A DNA stretch of 63,553 nt, filler included, from Licmophora abbreviata (Eukaryota), in the NCBI GenBank assembly GCA_900291995.1. It is 8 parts of 8 records of this genome, joined end to end, with 100 filler letters (N's around TTAATTAATTAA, not from the genome) between each part and the next. Parts side by side here need not be neighbours in the genome. Positions count along the whole stretch, not along the records: positions 41,073 to 63,553 come from OLMU01000062.1; 7 more parts are not named here. One strand, written 5' to 3'. Under the pieces are notes generated by a model. That model was not told where the DNA came from, searched no databases, and worked only from the letters and a program-made list of their open reading frames with translations. The translations under genes and the position numbers were made by a program. Positions 46,325-58,900 of this stretch are shown in pieces (position 1 is the stretch's first letter; each line of letters starts with the position of its first letter).

Positions 46325-48558
46325 ATGCCTTCGATGGAAGAAGATGAGGCTCTTGCCCGTGCCCTTCATCAGGAATTTCAGAGAGATTATGAACGTCAGT
46401 CGTCACGTCGACCTGGACAGCCTGCGACAACGACCAACACTCCTGCGGATCCGCCTGCTACAGCACCCTCGGCTGTGACAGCGAACAACGACGAAGGGGT
46501 AGCCATACGGCTCGAGCAGGAATCCAAGGACAAAGAAATTTCCGAACGCATGAGTAAGGAAGATGCTCGACGTCGGCGGCGGCGCTCCAACAGGGCTCGA
46601 AAATCTCGTTCTCAGCAGCCAGATCCTTCAACACGAGCCGCCGGTCGATCGTCCGTAGACAACAGCGAAACAATCCCGGAAGATTCTCCGACACCGCACC
46701 CTGCACCCAGTGCGCCTGTCGACGTGGAAGCACAAACAGAAAGTAGTGGAAGTCGCAACACTCCAGCTCGATCAGAGACACGCAGTGAAGAGTCAGCGGC
46801 CAATCAGTCAGCTCATACACGACCCGCGTCGCGGCAAGAACCCTTGAACGACGGGGGTGGACAGCGATCGTCCCATCGGCGCGCTGGATCTCGTCGCGAG
46901 TTATCAACCCATTCTCGTCGAGATGCAGCTGCGGCAGAGTCTCGCTCGAATCACACACGATCGGGCTCACGGAGAGCCTCAAGGTCCAGTGGTGAACGTG
47001 CCTCGCAGCGTCGTTCTGGTACCGGCTCGCCCAACCAGTCAAATCACGTCTCAACATCAAGCCCATCGCCAGTTTCCCCCACACCTGACACTCCCCCCTC
47101 AGGGCCAACTGATCTTCTTTCCGCCTCGCACCATAGTATCATGTCGAGCAGAACTGCCAAGGATTTAGAATTGGCACGGCGTCTGGAGCAGGAGGAAAAG
47201 GACGAAGAGATGGCTCGTCAAGTAATGGAGGAAGAAAAAGCACGCGCTGCGTTGTCACTGAACGAAGCGTCGACTCATTCTCAACGGGATGCTATTGTGT
47301 CGTCTCGGTCAAGTCATCAGCGATCGCAGCGCGAAGCTCGTACCTCCATGAGCCGATCCAGTCATTCAATGCGAAACGTGTCGTCGCATTCACTTGTTCC
47401 AGAAAGTGCTCGATCCTCCTCACCGGCACAGTCGGCAGTAGAGGACGTCGAGATTGCTGAGATTGCGAGGAAGCTTGATCAGGAAGAGCGCGACGAACAG
47501 CTTGCGCGAAGCATCGTCCAGCGGGAGCGGGCACGTTCGTCGCGGAGAATGACCATCTATGCAGAGGACGGTCAAGCCGCCGCTGGGAGAGTACGCTGCA
47601 CTTTGCGTAGAATAGTTTCGCTTGGGGTTCCAATTATCGTCATCATCGCGGCGGCAGTTGGACTTGTGATTGCTTTCACGGGTGGCTCTGGGTCGTTGTT
47701 TGGTGTTCCCGTGTTCAGTGATACGGACCCTTGGGATGGCGTCAACCCGGATGAGGCGAATCGGTGGAAGAACAACGGGAATGGACTCGAACTGACCATC
47801 GTCGATGCTCTCGAGGCTGAATGGAGAGAAACATTTGAGATTGCTATCAATGACTGGGATGTTGGCAGCCCGGACGCACTTACACTGGTTACAGAGAAGG
47901 TCCCCGCCGAAAAAGCCTGCAAGCCGGTTACAGGGAAGATGAAGGTCTGCGATGGCGACTATGGAGACACGAAGTGGCGAGGAATCAACCAAGTATTGCT
48001 TACGAATGGATGGATCATTGCGAGTACTGCGAAACTTAACGAGTACTACCTCGGCACGGCCGACAGGGCGCAGAGACAGTACACGATGTGTCATGAGTAA
48101 GTGCAACTTCATGTTTGTTCGACTCGCGGAATTGTTTTTGGTGGGTGTTCTAACTTCGCGTTTTCCGAACCATTGACAATAGAATCGGCCACGGCTTTGG
48201 TCTACCCCATACTGACGAGAACTTCTACAATGAAGATCTTGGAAATTGCATGGACTACACCACCAATCCTGCCGCCAACGAGAAACCGGACGACACGAAC
48301 TACCAGTTCCTGGAAGATCTTTACGGGTCTGTGTCTGGGAGTGTTCGAAGGACGTCGGTGGCTCCCCAGTTTCCCGTGAGCCTTTCCGAAGAAGTTCTCG
48401 CTGCATACGACGATGCAGTCCAAGAGCTGGAGTTCGGTCCGGTTAGGAGACGAGGTTGGGACATGCTCCACACGAGCCAACATGGTGAGGGCCATTCAAA
48501 GGATCTTGGAGGTGGCTTTACTTTAGAGGTCCACATGCTTCGGAGTCTTGACGACTAA
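46325..48558 (+). CDS. single-pass membrane metzincin-like zinc peptidase with disordered N-terminus; intron 48097-48182
   Basis: TM segment; splicing creates TMCHE|IGHGFGLPH (HExxHxxGxxH), followed by the Met-turn-like NCMDY. Confidence 0.8.
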
Positions 48559-48722
48559 ATGTTGAAACTTCAATTTAAGAAAGTTGCGAAAGCTTTGTAT
48601 TGCATGTTGCGTACTATAGTAGATTGTGGGTACCCGCTCAAGAAGTTCCAAATAGCCTATATCGGCAATCCCAGCTCGAGTCACACGCGACAAAACCACG
48701 GTAATCGATTCTCTCCCTGTCA

Positions 48723-49154
48723 TCATTCGTCTTGCTGAACAAACGGATTGGCTATCTCCTCCATCCCGTCTTCTGGCGAAACGAGTGATACTTGTGTGCC
48801 CCTAATGACGACCAGACCTAGCTTTCGGGTTTCATCCGTCACGCGCTGCATGTCCTCCGGATCTAAAACAGACGATGAATTCGATAACTCTTGAGCGTAA
48901 GTGGCGACCACAGAGAAACAAGGACTCGAGAAATTTGTACAGCACATAGCCTTACCTCTAATGAATTCATCACAGTCGTCAAGCACAAGATTGACGAGAT
49001 CATCGTATCCTTTCAGAGTACCCTTGAGTTCGCGCCCTCCGATGCATTTGACACGGACTTTCGCATCCATTAGTTTTGCCAGTTCTAGTATCGATTCTTT
49101 CCGCGGCGGTGCGCCCCCGCCTCCGCGTCCTCCTCTTTGTTGTCCCTTGTTCAT
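48723..49154 (-). CDS. LSM7: U6 snRNA-associated Sm-like protein LSm7; intron 48955-48863
   Basis: KESILEL...GGRELKGTLKGYDDLVNLVLDD...RKLGLVVIRGT...DGMEEIANPF. Confidence 0.95.
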   Translation of the reverse strand: MNKGQQRGGRGGGGAPPRKESILELAKLMDAKVRVKCIGGRELKGTLKGYDDLVNLVLDDCDEFIRGKAMCCTNFSSPCFSVVATYAQELSNSSSVLDPEDMQRVTDETRKLGLVVIRGTQVSLVSPEDGMEEIANPFVQQDE

Positions 49155-49558
49155 ACTGGTGGTCGATATGTTATAATGGTTGTGGCTTGTGGCTTGGTGA
49201 TGCGACGTGTGTGAATGAAAGCCCTCTGTTGGCGCTGTCGTGGGGCGCCGCGATGAGGTGCGATTCATTCGATTCTGCGCGATCACACGCCGGCGATCAA
49301 TTATCCGCGCGCGGTGTGGGTGACCTGCCTGCACTGTCCGGTGTGCATGCACGGTATCAGTCTATCCATTCATAACATGCATCGCAACATCCCGTACGAT
49401 TCTAATTGCGGCAATTAAAAGCAGCTGGTGAAAGATCAATCACATTGGGGGTCCCTACGGGTAGTTGCGAGCTACGTGTACCTTATGACACACTGTGAAA
49501 GAGCCTGTCGAATATGTTCAGCAGCGATGATTGCATTCCGTCAGACGGATGCAGCGAT

Positions 49559-50734
49559 CTACTCAACCATTGTCCTCACGGTGTCTAGCACGGCATCAGC
49601 TAAATTTCCTCCAGCTGCCCCGATCCTTAATTCATATCCGCCTTCTAAGCCGAACATGATTCCTGACCTCTTCCCCGTGGTGCTAGATCTACTGTCCCGC
49701 AATCGATCCATTATTTCTCGTGTCATTCGAGCATAGTCCTTCGAAACCAAATCTACGCTGGCTAACTCGTCCGACGAGAGGGCATCATATCCAGCGCAGA
49801 CGATCACCAGGTCAGGACTCCATTCTTCATCTTTGAGGAATGGTATGGCCACATCGAAGAATGCTTGCTCGTACCCGCACGTCCACGTGGTGTCCGCTTG
49901 TATCGGAATGGGAAGTACATTCTGATGTTCGCCCTGCAGTTGACAGGATTCTCCCAAGTATGGAAAGGCCGGGGTTTGATGAATTGAAACATAGCGTGCC
50001 CGAGGTTGTTTTTCAATTATATGTGCCACCCCCTGTCCATAATGCACATCCCAGTCAAACATGGAGATTTTGAGACTAGGAAATCGTTGAAGAGCATGCA
50101 TTGCCGCGGCAGCGGCAAAATTGAACACACAGAACCCATTTGAGAGTCCCTTGGTCGCATGGTGACCCGGTGGTCTGGTCAGTGCCATGGCTCCTCCCGT
50201 CTCTATCGCACAATCTACGGCACGTATCCAGGCTGCTGTTGCGCGCAAGCAGACGTCATATGATTCCGTCGTGAGGTAGGTGTCGTCGTCAATATAACCG
50301 ACAAAGCCAAGCGGGTTCCTTCCTTCGGCAAGGCGTCGCTCCCGCGCAGATCGACATCGGTCTTCAGTATTGGACACGAGTGACTCAGAATGAGTGTTCA
50401 CTAGCATGGCACGGGCGTGATCCAGCTCCTCCTGTGTGAATGGCCGGTGAGTCGTCGTTGCGGTAGAGGTTTCGGTTTGCGGAGATTCAGCAACGTCCAC
50501 AAGTTCTAAACGATTGTAGTTGCCTTCCGAAGCACTGTAATTTTGCAGTGCTTCAACGCAGATATTGATTCTTTGTGGCTGTTCTGGGTGGTAGTCTATG
50601 CTGCGGTGAAGATTGTTGGTCGAATCGAAGAACACGGGCATCGGGCCCGTAACGAACCAAGCTTGACAAACCGAGCATATAGTCAAGACGAGTATCGGAG
50701 AATATAAGCGTGACATACCAGAGGATTGTGCCAT
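49559..50734 (-). CDS. histone deacetylase-family (class II/AcuC-like) enzyme with signal peptide
   Basis: HPEQPQRI, RPPGHHA, GFCVFN, DWDVHYGQG, CAGYDA, LEGGY; N-terminus ending CQA-WFV. Confidence 0.9.
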   Translation of the reverse strand: MAQSSGMSRLYSPILVLTICSVCQAWFVTGPMPVFFDSTNNLHRSIDYHPEQPQRINICVEALQNYSASEGNYNRLELVDVAESPQTETSTATTTHRPFTQEELDHARAMLVNTHSESLVSNTEDRCRSARERRLAEGRNPLGFVGYIDDDTYLTTESYDVCLRATAAWIRAVDCAIETGGAMALTRPPGHHATKGLSNGFCVFNFAAAAAMHALQRFPSLKISMFDWDVHYGQGVAHIIEKQPRARYVSIHQTPAFPYLGESCQLQGEHQNVLPIPIQADTTWTCGYEQAFFDVAIPFLKDEEWSPDLVIVCAGYDALSSDELASVDLVSKDYARMTREIMDRLRDSRSSTTGKRSGIMFGLEGGYELRIGAAGGNLADAVLDTVRTMVE

Positions 50735-51057
50735 ACTCGGTTATCCTGGACATCTCTGTATACCTTTTGCTACTACCAGGTGCCACGGTGCCATAGATCA
50801 ACGGCGATTCGACTCCAACACTGTGATGCTCCCGTCCCCATCATCATCGTCGCGACATCAATTCGAAACGCTATTTCATATCCGGGTTTCCCTCAACAAT
50901 GTCTTTGGAATTAGGAATTCATTTTCGTCAATGCTTTCCACCAGGCGAAGGATCCGACCGCTCAGAGCCATCCATCATGTCGCCTTTCAAAAGCGCGCGA
51001 AATCTTGCTTGGAACCCATTTTTTGCTTCGAGCGAACAAAATTCCGGTGTTGTGACC

Positions 51058-53638
51058 ATGGCGAAAGCGACGAAACGTGCCCGCAAGTTCGTTGCCAAGG
51101 GCGGTGTCAAAGGCCACCTAGAAAAGGGAACCATCACCAGCAAGGGAAAGTTGAAGCGAAATAAGCGACGTGGTGGTGATGCAGGCGGCAATAAGGGCGC
51201 CAACGCATCACATCTTCTTGCTCGCGATGATGCCAGCCGGGCGGAAGAACGGAAGCGCAAGAGGGACGAAAATGACCTGGCTGGAGATTCAAACGTTCAA
51301 GACCTGGACATTGCCAATTTCTTTGAAAAATTTGCCGACGAGGTAGAGAATCCGGGCACTCTCCACGAGGCGGACGACGGAGATAAGCAAGTAGATTCGT
51401 CGTCCAACGATGATGACTCGGCCGAAGAGCACGGAAAGAGCGCCGAAGATTTCGAAAGCGAGGCCAGCTCTAGCGATAGTGACGACAGTGTAGATGCTGC
51501 TGAAGAACGAATGAAAAAAGAAATGAACAAGCTACAGAGTTCAGACCCGGACTTCCACAAGTTTCTAAACGAGAATGAGCAGTCGTTACTTGAGTTTGGC
51601 GAGGGCGATGGAGTTGACGAACACGAGGAAGCTGCTAATGAGGAAAGAAATGGAGAGAGCCGACAGGAGAAATCTGATCCGTTGAAGCGTGTCGATTCGA
51701 AAGTTCTAAAGTCGTTCGAGCAAGGCGCGTTCAAGTCGCACGGAGTCAAGAGCTTGAAAAAGCTTGTTGCTGCATACAAATCGGCGTCTCATCAATCGGA
51801 TTCAAAAGAGGACGATGATGATAAGAGCGCTGCGAAAAGGTATCAGATTGACTCTTCCGCTGTCTTTGACAAACTCATGGTAATGAGTCTCACCAGATGC
51901 CATGAGGAGTTTCATTACCATTTACTCGGAAACGGTGCCGGTGATGTGAAGAAATCCCACCAAGACGACGACGATGATGACGCCAGTAGTGATGCTGATA
52001 AGTCGACTGATAGGCCAATGAGTCCGAAAGTGCTGGCACGATCCAATCGATGGGCTGAAATAAAGCCTATTCTCCAGTCGTTTCTCAAGTCCACTCTGCA
52101 CTTGCTTTCGGAGGCGAAAGACCCCGATCTCCTCACGTTCATCTTGAAGGCCCTCGACAGCTACATCCCGTATCTCTCACCGTTTCCGCGTTTGGCGCAA
52201 GGATACTTGAAGTCACTGACGTCCCTTTGGTCTGCACCGCTGGATTCTTCCGAAGACTACCAAGTCGTTCGCTTGAATGCGTTCCTGCGCATACGACAGC
52301 TATCGTTGACGCAGCCATTCCCTTTCATTGAAGACTGTCTCAAGAAAACGTACCTGGCCTACGCCAACCGCGCTAAGTTTGGAACGTCCGCTTCAGTAAC
52401 GTCGCTACTTCCGACTCTGACGTTCATGGGAAACTGTATCGTGGAGTTGTACAGTCTCGACTACCACTCTTCGTACCAACACGCTTTTGTCTACATTCGG
52501 CAATTAGCTCTTCACCTCCGCACGGCACTTTTGAAGAAGACTCCCGACTCGATGCAAGCCGTCTATTGCTGGCAGTATATGCATTGCTTGAAGCTCTGGG
52601 TGGCCGTCTTGACAGCAACGTGCAAGCAGTCGCTCGAAGCGGACGGGCCACGCCCCGACGAAGTGCAGCTGATGCGATCTCTCATATTTCCGCTCACGGA
52701 AATTATCTTGGGAGTGGCGCGACTGGTTCCCACTACACGGCATTTGCCTCTTCGTCTTCACTGCGTCCGCTATTTGCAGCAGCTGGCGGCGACATCCGAG
52801 CTCTTTATCCCTACCACGTCAATTCTGTTGGAATTTCTGGACCTCAAAGAGATAGGGATGAAGGCGAAAAAGATCCAAGGGGGTGGTGGAAGTCGTGGGC
52901 CGATGTTGCCCTTGATCCTAAAGTTACCAAAGGATTCTGCCTTGCGCACGACGGAGCAGCTGGAAGCTTGTATGAGCGAAGTCTTCCTTTTGCTCAATCG
53001 CGAAGTCGATTTGTACCGCTATTCGGCTGGCTTTCCAGAGTTCTCTGTCCGAATTCGCCAACGTCTTCGAAAGGTTCGTCTTCGTCATCCATCGCGAACT
53101 TTGCATACTCTGAAGTGACGACACTCAATCTCATCACACTTTGTTGCTTGGTCTCTATTTTGACGTTTAGTTTTGCAAGGAAACTAAGAATGGCCGCTGG
53201 CGTGCCTATGCCAAGGGCTGCATCGAACTGTGTGAGCGTCATGCCGAATTCTGTGTACGACACCGAGCCACGCTCGGCGAAGCTCCCAAGGACGTGAAAC
53301 GTCTCGAGGTTCTCCGGCCGAGCAGTCAACCGAGCATGGGCGATCGGTACGACGCTGTCATAGCGAAAGAGAACCGTCTCGAAGCTATGGCTCGTCCACC
53401 GAGTAAGGTAACAAAGACGAAAGAACAGCAGGAGCTAGAGGGAATAGACGAAGACAGTCAGCAGAAGCGTCCAAAGAAGAAAAGCAAAGCCGATGGTGGT
53501 AAGAATGCCAAGGGACGTAACAAGGAGGTGAATATGTCTGATCTTGCGAATACTGATGCGCTCGAGGAAGAAGACGAGGTGCACGAAGGAGTGGACTGGT
53601 TGGACCAGGAGGAGAGCTCAGAAGGCGACAGCGACTAG
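51058..53638 (+). CDS. NOC2: nucleolar complex protein 2; intron 53074-53170
   Basis: MAKATKRARKF, DPDFHKFL, YQHAFVYIRQLALHLR, VYCWQYMHCL, HLPLRLHC, SAGFPE. Confidence 0.95.
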
Positions 53639-53748
53639 TGAGTCAGTCGCAAGCGTTCGACACTATGGCTACCTGTTCGTTTCTAGCCTTCTAGTTTTAG
53701 TCTGTATACATCCAGTAGACATCTATTGTAGAGCTACCAAGCACACTT

Positions 53749-54195
53749 TTATGATGATGGAATTCCTTCTTTGGCCTGAGCAGCAGCCGCTTGTGCAGCT
53801 TCCACAGCAGCGCGCTGCATAGCACCCTGCAGTTGCTGGACCTTGGTCGCCGATTCCGTCGCCTTGGTTTCCTTTTCCTTGAGAGCTTTTTCGAGCCTCT
53901 CTCGTTCTTGTGAAATAAATTCCAGTCTGTTCTTTACAGTCTCCTTGGCGTCCTCCAAGTCATTTTTCATCAAGACAGGTCCGATCATTTTATAAACCTT
54001 CGAAGAATCGTTCAGCAGGTTCAGTTCCGCCTGAACCATTTCGTTCTCGTTCTGTTGTGACAGCACGGTCTGCCGATCTCGTTGCAGAGCCGTCATTTCT
54101 TCTTGCAATTTTCTTACAATCGCGATTTCGGCATTGGCAGTCTCTGCCATCGCAGCACCGGGGTTTCCACTTCTTTCTTCCTCGTTGTCAGGCAT
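53749..54195 (-). CDS. PFDN6: prefoldin subunit 6
   Basis: QQNENEMVQAEL...VYKMIGPVLMK...AKETVKNRLEFI. Confidence 0.9.
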   Translation of the reverse strand: MPDNEEERSGNPGAAMAETANAEIAIVRKLQEEMTALQRDRQTVLSQQNENEMVQAELNLLNDSSKVYKMIGPVLMKNDLEDAKETVKNRLEFISQERERLEKALKEKETKATESATKVQQLQGAMQRAAVEAAQAAAAQAKEGIPSS

Positions 54196-54436
54196 GGTGG
54201 GCGAGTAGATCTTGGAAGGGAGCAAGGCCTCGCCGTGTTGGTGTTACTCTCTTTGCGTCGCATTTTCTTCCTCGCGACCATTAGAACGCTCATAACCCGT
54301 CACAGTATTTCGCGCGCCGACAGGACGAGACGACGCAAACACCACACGCCGTCATCATCGCGGATGATGGTGTCCGATGCTCTGCGCTTCTTTGTGTTGT
54401 GTCGACCGTGTGACGACGAGTGTGCCCACACGCGAC

Positions 54437-55827
54437 ATGCTGCTCCACGCCCGAATTGCAGTAGCGCGTCACTTCGATACGTCTCTTTGTAGACGTCTCC
54501 TTGTGCGACGACGAGGCGCCATCACGGATGGATCGACAACCGTGTACCACGAGTTCTCGGCTTCGGTGGAGGACGATGGCGGCGATGCAATGAGCAATCG
54601 GTCCAGATTCCGCTCGATTCCATTGAACCCTTCCATTTTGAAGCATATTCAGAATATTGGAGTAGGTATTCCAGACAGAAAACAACAGTCGAGGGAGCGG
54701 CGTCGGGAGCGGCCGCCACGGACAACAACGAGGCGCAAGGCGGGAGGGGCGCTGATTGATCCGGAAAAAGAGGAGGAGTTCTTGCGTAGAAGAGGCAGAG
54801 CACCATTGATGCCGAGACGGCAGTCGAACGTCTCCTCGTCTTCTGAAAACAGCGACGGTCCATCATGGGTGCCTCCGCCGCCGTTTGCTGCGAGTTCAAA
54901 GGAAACAACTCATAACGGGAAGAGAGTACGCCGTAGACCGGTCAGGGCCATTGCAAGTATTGGTTCTCTGGACGATTCCTTCCCTGTAAATGCAAAAAGA
55001 ATTCCGGAAGTGGTATGTCAGGTGGCGCTGGACCGACCATCTGTGTGTTGTTCCGCCGCTCCCTCAACCTTCTAATACCCCCCTGTCCTTCGTCGCAGGC
55101 TCTGGCTGGAAGATCGAATTCAGGAAAGTCTACTCTCTTGAATGCGCTGCTGTATGGAAACAATATTTCGGTCGACGTCCGCCGTCGTAGGGGCAAGGTG
55201 CCGGAAGGCATCAAGCTTCCAAAGGGTGTCAAGGCCGTCACGTCGAATCGACCTGGCGAGACCCAGAGCATCACGTTCTATCAGCTTTCGTCGAGCATTC
55301 GTTTTCCTGACAATAGAGAGGCAGAACTCGCCATGCACTTGGTCGATCTTCCTGGATATGGATTTGCCTATGCAGAAGATGAGCAGTCCAAGGAGTGGGG
55401 CGAGCTCATGCATAGATATCTGCTGCACCGGGGCAAGGCGTTGAAACGCATTTTGTTTCTCGTTGACGCACGGCACGGCATGAAGAAAGCTGACGTTGAT
55501 TTCCTGGAATCTCTCGAGCGTACCTTATATTCCGATACCCACGGGACTCGTGCATCACTCCCACCCATTCAGTTAGTTCTCACCAAGTGTGACTTGGTTT
55601 CTCAGACGGACCTGGCACGGCGGGCCGTTCTCGCTCGAGAACAATTATCCGAATGTCTTCGACGAGAGCCGAGTTTGCTCCCTGTCATGCTGGTAAGCGC
55701 CAAAGCTGGCGTCGGCTACAACAATATCCACGAAGACCGCGCACGAGGAGGCGTCCTCGAATTGCAGAGGGAGATCGCCGCCCTAGCACTCTCTTGGACC
55801 AAGAAAGCAGATGCTGCAGTTAGCTAG
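54437..55827 (+). CDS. EngB/YihA (YsxC)-type GTPase, probably organellar; intron 55013-55098; start uncertain
   Basis: PEV|ALAGRSNSGKSTLLN, PGETQ, DLPGYG, LVDARHG, TKCD, VSAK. Confidence 0.9.
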
Positions 55828-55907
55828 GGACAACCAGAGACGACAATAACAACGCGCTGTCAATGATTACGTTTTAACTCTTAATAACTATTGCCGAAAC
55901 CGTCCTT

Positions 55908-58900
55908 TCAGTTAGCTCGGCATGCTCTTGCTGGTCTCTTGTTCACATTCCTAAAGATCGGCGCCATTTTTTTAGAATGGCGGTCCCTCGTTCCGCTCGT
56001 TTTGGTTTCAGTTCGCATCCTCTTCTTTTCCATGGGTGTTGCCTTCTCGATGGATTCGTTTCCGACCGAGCGAGCCCAGGGCTCAACCTCCTGGCGACTA
56101 ATGGTTCTGTTTGATTCAATCACTCGGCATGCTCTTGATGGTCTATTGTGCGCAGCCAAAAAAATTGGCGCAATCTTTCTAGCATGGCAGTCCCTCGTTC
56201 CGCTCGTTTTGGTGTCAGTTCGAAGCTTCTTCCTTTCCCGGGGTGTCGCATTCTCGATGGACTCGTCTCCGTCCGAGCTAGCAATGGACTCCTCCTCCTG
56301 GCGACGAATGGCCTTGTTTGCCTCGACAGCAGCTTTGCGGGTAGGCCTCTCACTCGTTGCATCAAGTTTGGCAATGATTGGAGCGAGCACTCTACCCTCA
56401 TTAGAAGTTTCTCGCTTCCTCTTCCTTAACAAATCAGCATGCAGCTTCTTCGTGGGCGGTCGGCCTCTCGGAACGACTGAGTCAGGAGACCTCTCTTGTT
56501 CGAGCCGATGAATCGCCTTGGCGGCAGCTGCCGCGGCTTTCCTCGTTGGGCGCCCACCTGCAGACTCAACCACATCGACCATTGGTGTTTCCATTCGCCC
56601 CGTCTTCATGACAAGCGGTTCAGTCAAAGGTTTTGTCGCGGAACGAGTAAGCCGGGCTGCTCGAGGCGTCGGCGACTGATCAAGAGTCGCTTGTTCGACC
56701 TCAGTACCAAGCTTCGGGTACCGTCCACTATTTTTGTTCATCAAAGGGGTGGCCCCAGGTCGTGTAGTCCTGACAGCCTCTTGTCGATGCTCGGACGGTC
56801 TGTCACTTTGCTTTCGAAGTCGACCCGGGCCGCTCCTGGTGGGTAGCTTCGCTGGAGTCAATGCATGATCTTGATTTCGCTTCTGAGGAATCGCAGTCGA
56901 TTCGACCATTGGGTGCTTCCTTGGGCGGCCAGGTCCCTTCTTCATTGAGACATCGCCTGGAAGAACAGCCGGTGTTTGGACAGTCGGATGTTTACGAGGG
57001 CGGCCAGGGCCTCGCTTCGGGTTCTCGGTCCGCCGTGAGTTACCTTTCTTGACCAGGATGTTCACCGTTGTGCCCTCGATGGCGCTCTTTGGAGGCCGAC
57101 CACGCTTGCGCTTAAGTGGAGGAACATTAGACGGTGGCGCACCAGAGACTTGCACGTCAGTCGGGAGGGGATGCTTCCGGGGACGACCACGCTTGCGCTT
57201 AAGTGGAGGAACATTAGACGGTGGCGCACCATACATTTCCACGTCAGTCGGGAGGGGATGCTTCCGGGGACGACCACGCTTGCGCTTCACAGGGTATTCG
57301 CCGGGTCCAGGTGGGCCAACGACTGCCACGACGGCTGGCAGCGGATGTTTGCGCGGACGACCGAGCTTTTCTTGGAAGGAACGCTGACAGCGTCACACGA
57401 AGTTTCGACGACACCATCCAGAATGTCCCATTGCTCGCGGTCTGCATCCACTGTGCGTTTCACGGCGCGAGACTTCACTGGAACGCAGAAAGTGGAACTG
57501 ATGTCCAGTTCTTTGCCCTCGCCTTCGTCCACGAGCATCCAAATTGGCCGGCCCTCACACTTTGGTTTGTCAGAGCCCCACGTGCCCACTCGGTGCATGG
57601 GCGCAAGGTGACACCATTGCAGATCAGGGATGTATGTGAGTGCGAAGTAATACTCGTGGTCGGAGCCGGCGTGCTCAATTCCTTCGGGGGTCAGCTTCAC
57701 CACCTTGTTGAAGAGATTCGACTGCTCACTTCTCTTCTCATCAGCGGCGGGCTTAAGTTCCGGGTGCGCTTTCTGAAAAGCAGCAAGATCTTTTTTGTAC
57801 TGAACCATTGCTTTTAGGTACACTTCTCTTGCCTTTTCATGCTGGGCTTGGTACTTCGCCTTTTCGTCGGCCGCTAGCTCGTGCCACAGCTTCGACATTA
57901 TTCTCGTTGCCTCGTTCGCGCGCTTCCCAGCCAGCTCATCCTTGAGCACTTCACGTTGTTCCGAAAGAAAGATCATGTAGCCGCTAAGCGCCCTTTTCGG
58001 GGGAGTGGGCTCTCCTGGAAAGCGGCCGCCGTTCTTTGGTGGTTTTCTGGACTCCATCTGCGGCGTCGGAGCGACCTTCGAAGTTACAAACATGGAGGGG
58101 TCCGGAGGCGTACACGGGGCAATCTTGGCAGCCAAAGAGTATTCGATAGGCCTAAACGTCGCCGCTCGACCATGTCTGCGGTGCAGCTTTCTCACCATCA
58201 TGTAGCTCGGTACGTTTGACTCGAACGAATCGTCCGGGAAGGTCCAGTGGCAGTAGGGGACATGCTGGTCGTCGTGAATGTGGAAGTGAGACACCTTGAT
58301 ACGTGTTCCTTCCTTGAGACGTGAGAATCCCTGAAGGTCGGGAAGTCTTTCATTGTTCGCTCGAACGAGCTCGGCGCAACTCACATTGTACATATTCGCA
58401 ATGAGCTTTGGCGTCTCATTCTCTCTCGAAACATACCACTGCGGAGCTTCCTCGCTTTCCGCGCGAGACGAATGATCCGATGCGTCATTCGTGGTCCTCT
58501 CGGCCGGGACAAACAAACTAGTTCCATGCAAGAGGCGGCTTCTCGGAGCAATATCTTTGTAAATGTATTGGTTCAGGAAGATGATGTCCCAGACATTCAC
58601 GTTGAGCTTCTTGCCAATCTCTGCCGGGCACTCGCCTGCGACATTGGTCACGTAGGTTTCGACGGGACTCGATACAATCTCTGACTGCTGTGGCGACGGC
58701 GAAGTCTCCGACGGTCCGCTTGGTGCATCGGTGGAGTCGGAGAAAGCGTCGGCTTCGGCTCCACACTTCTGTTCAAAGTCCGGATCCTCCGTGATGGCGC
58801 CGACACGCACAAATCCCATCGACTCATAGAAGGGGATGGAATTGTCCGTCGCCTGGAGTACAAGGTAGTCGTAGTTGCGGGCTCTACTAGCTTTCATGCA

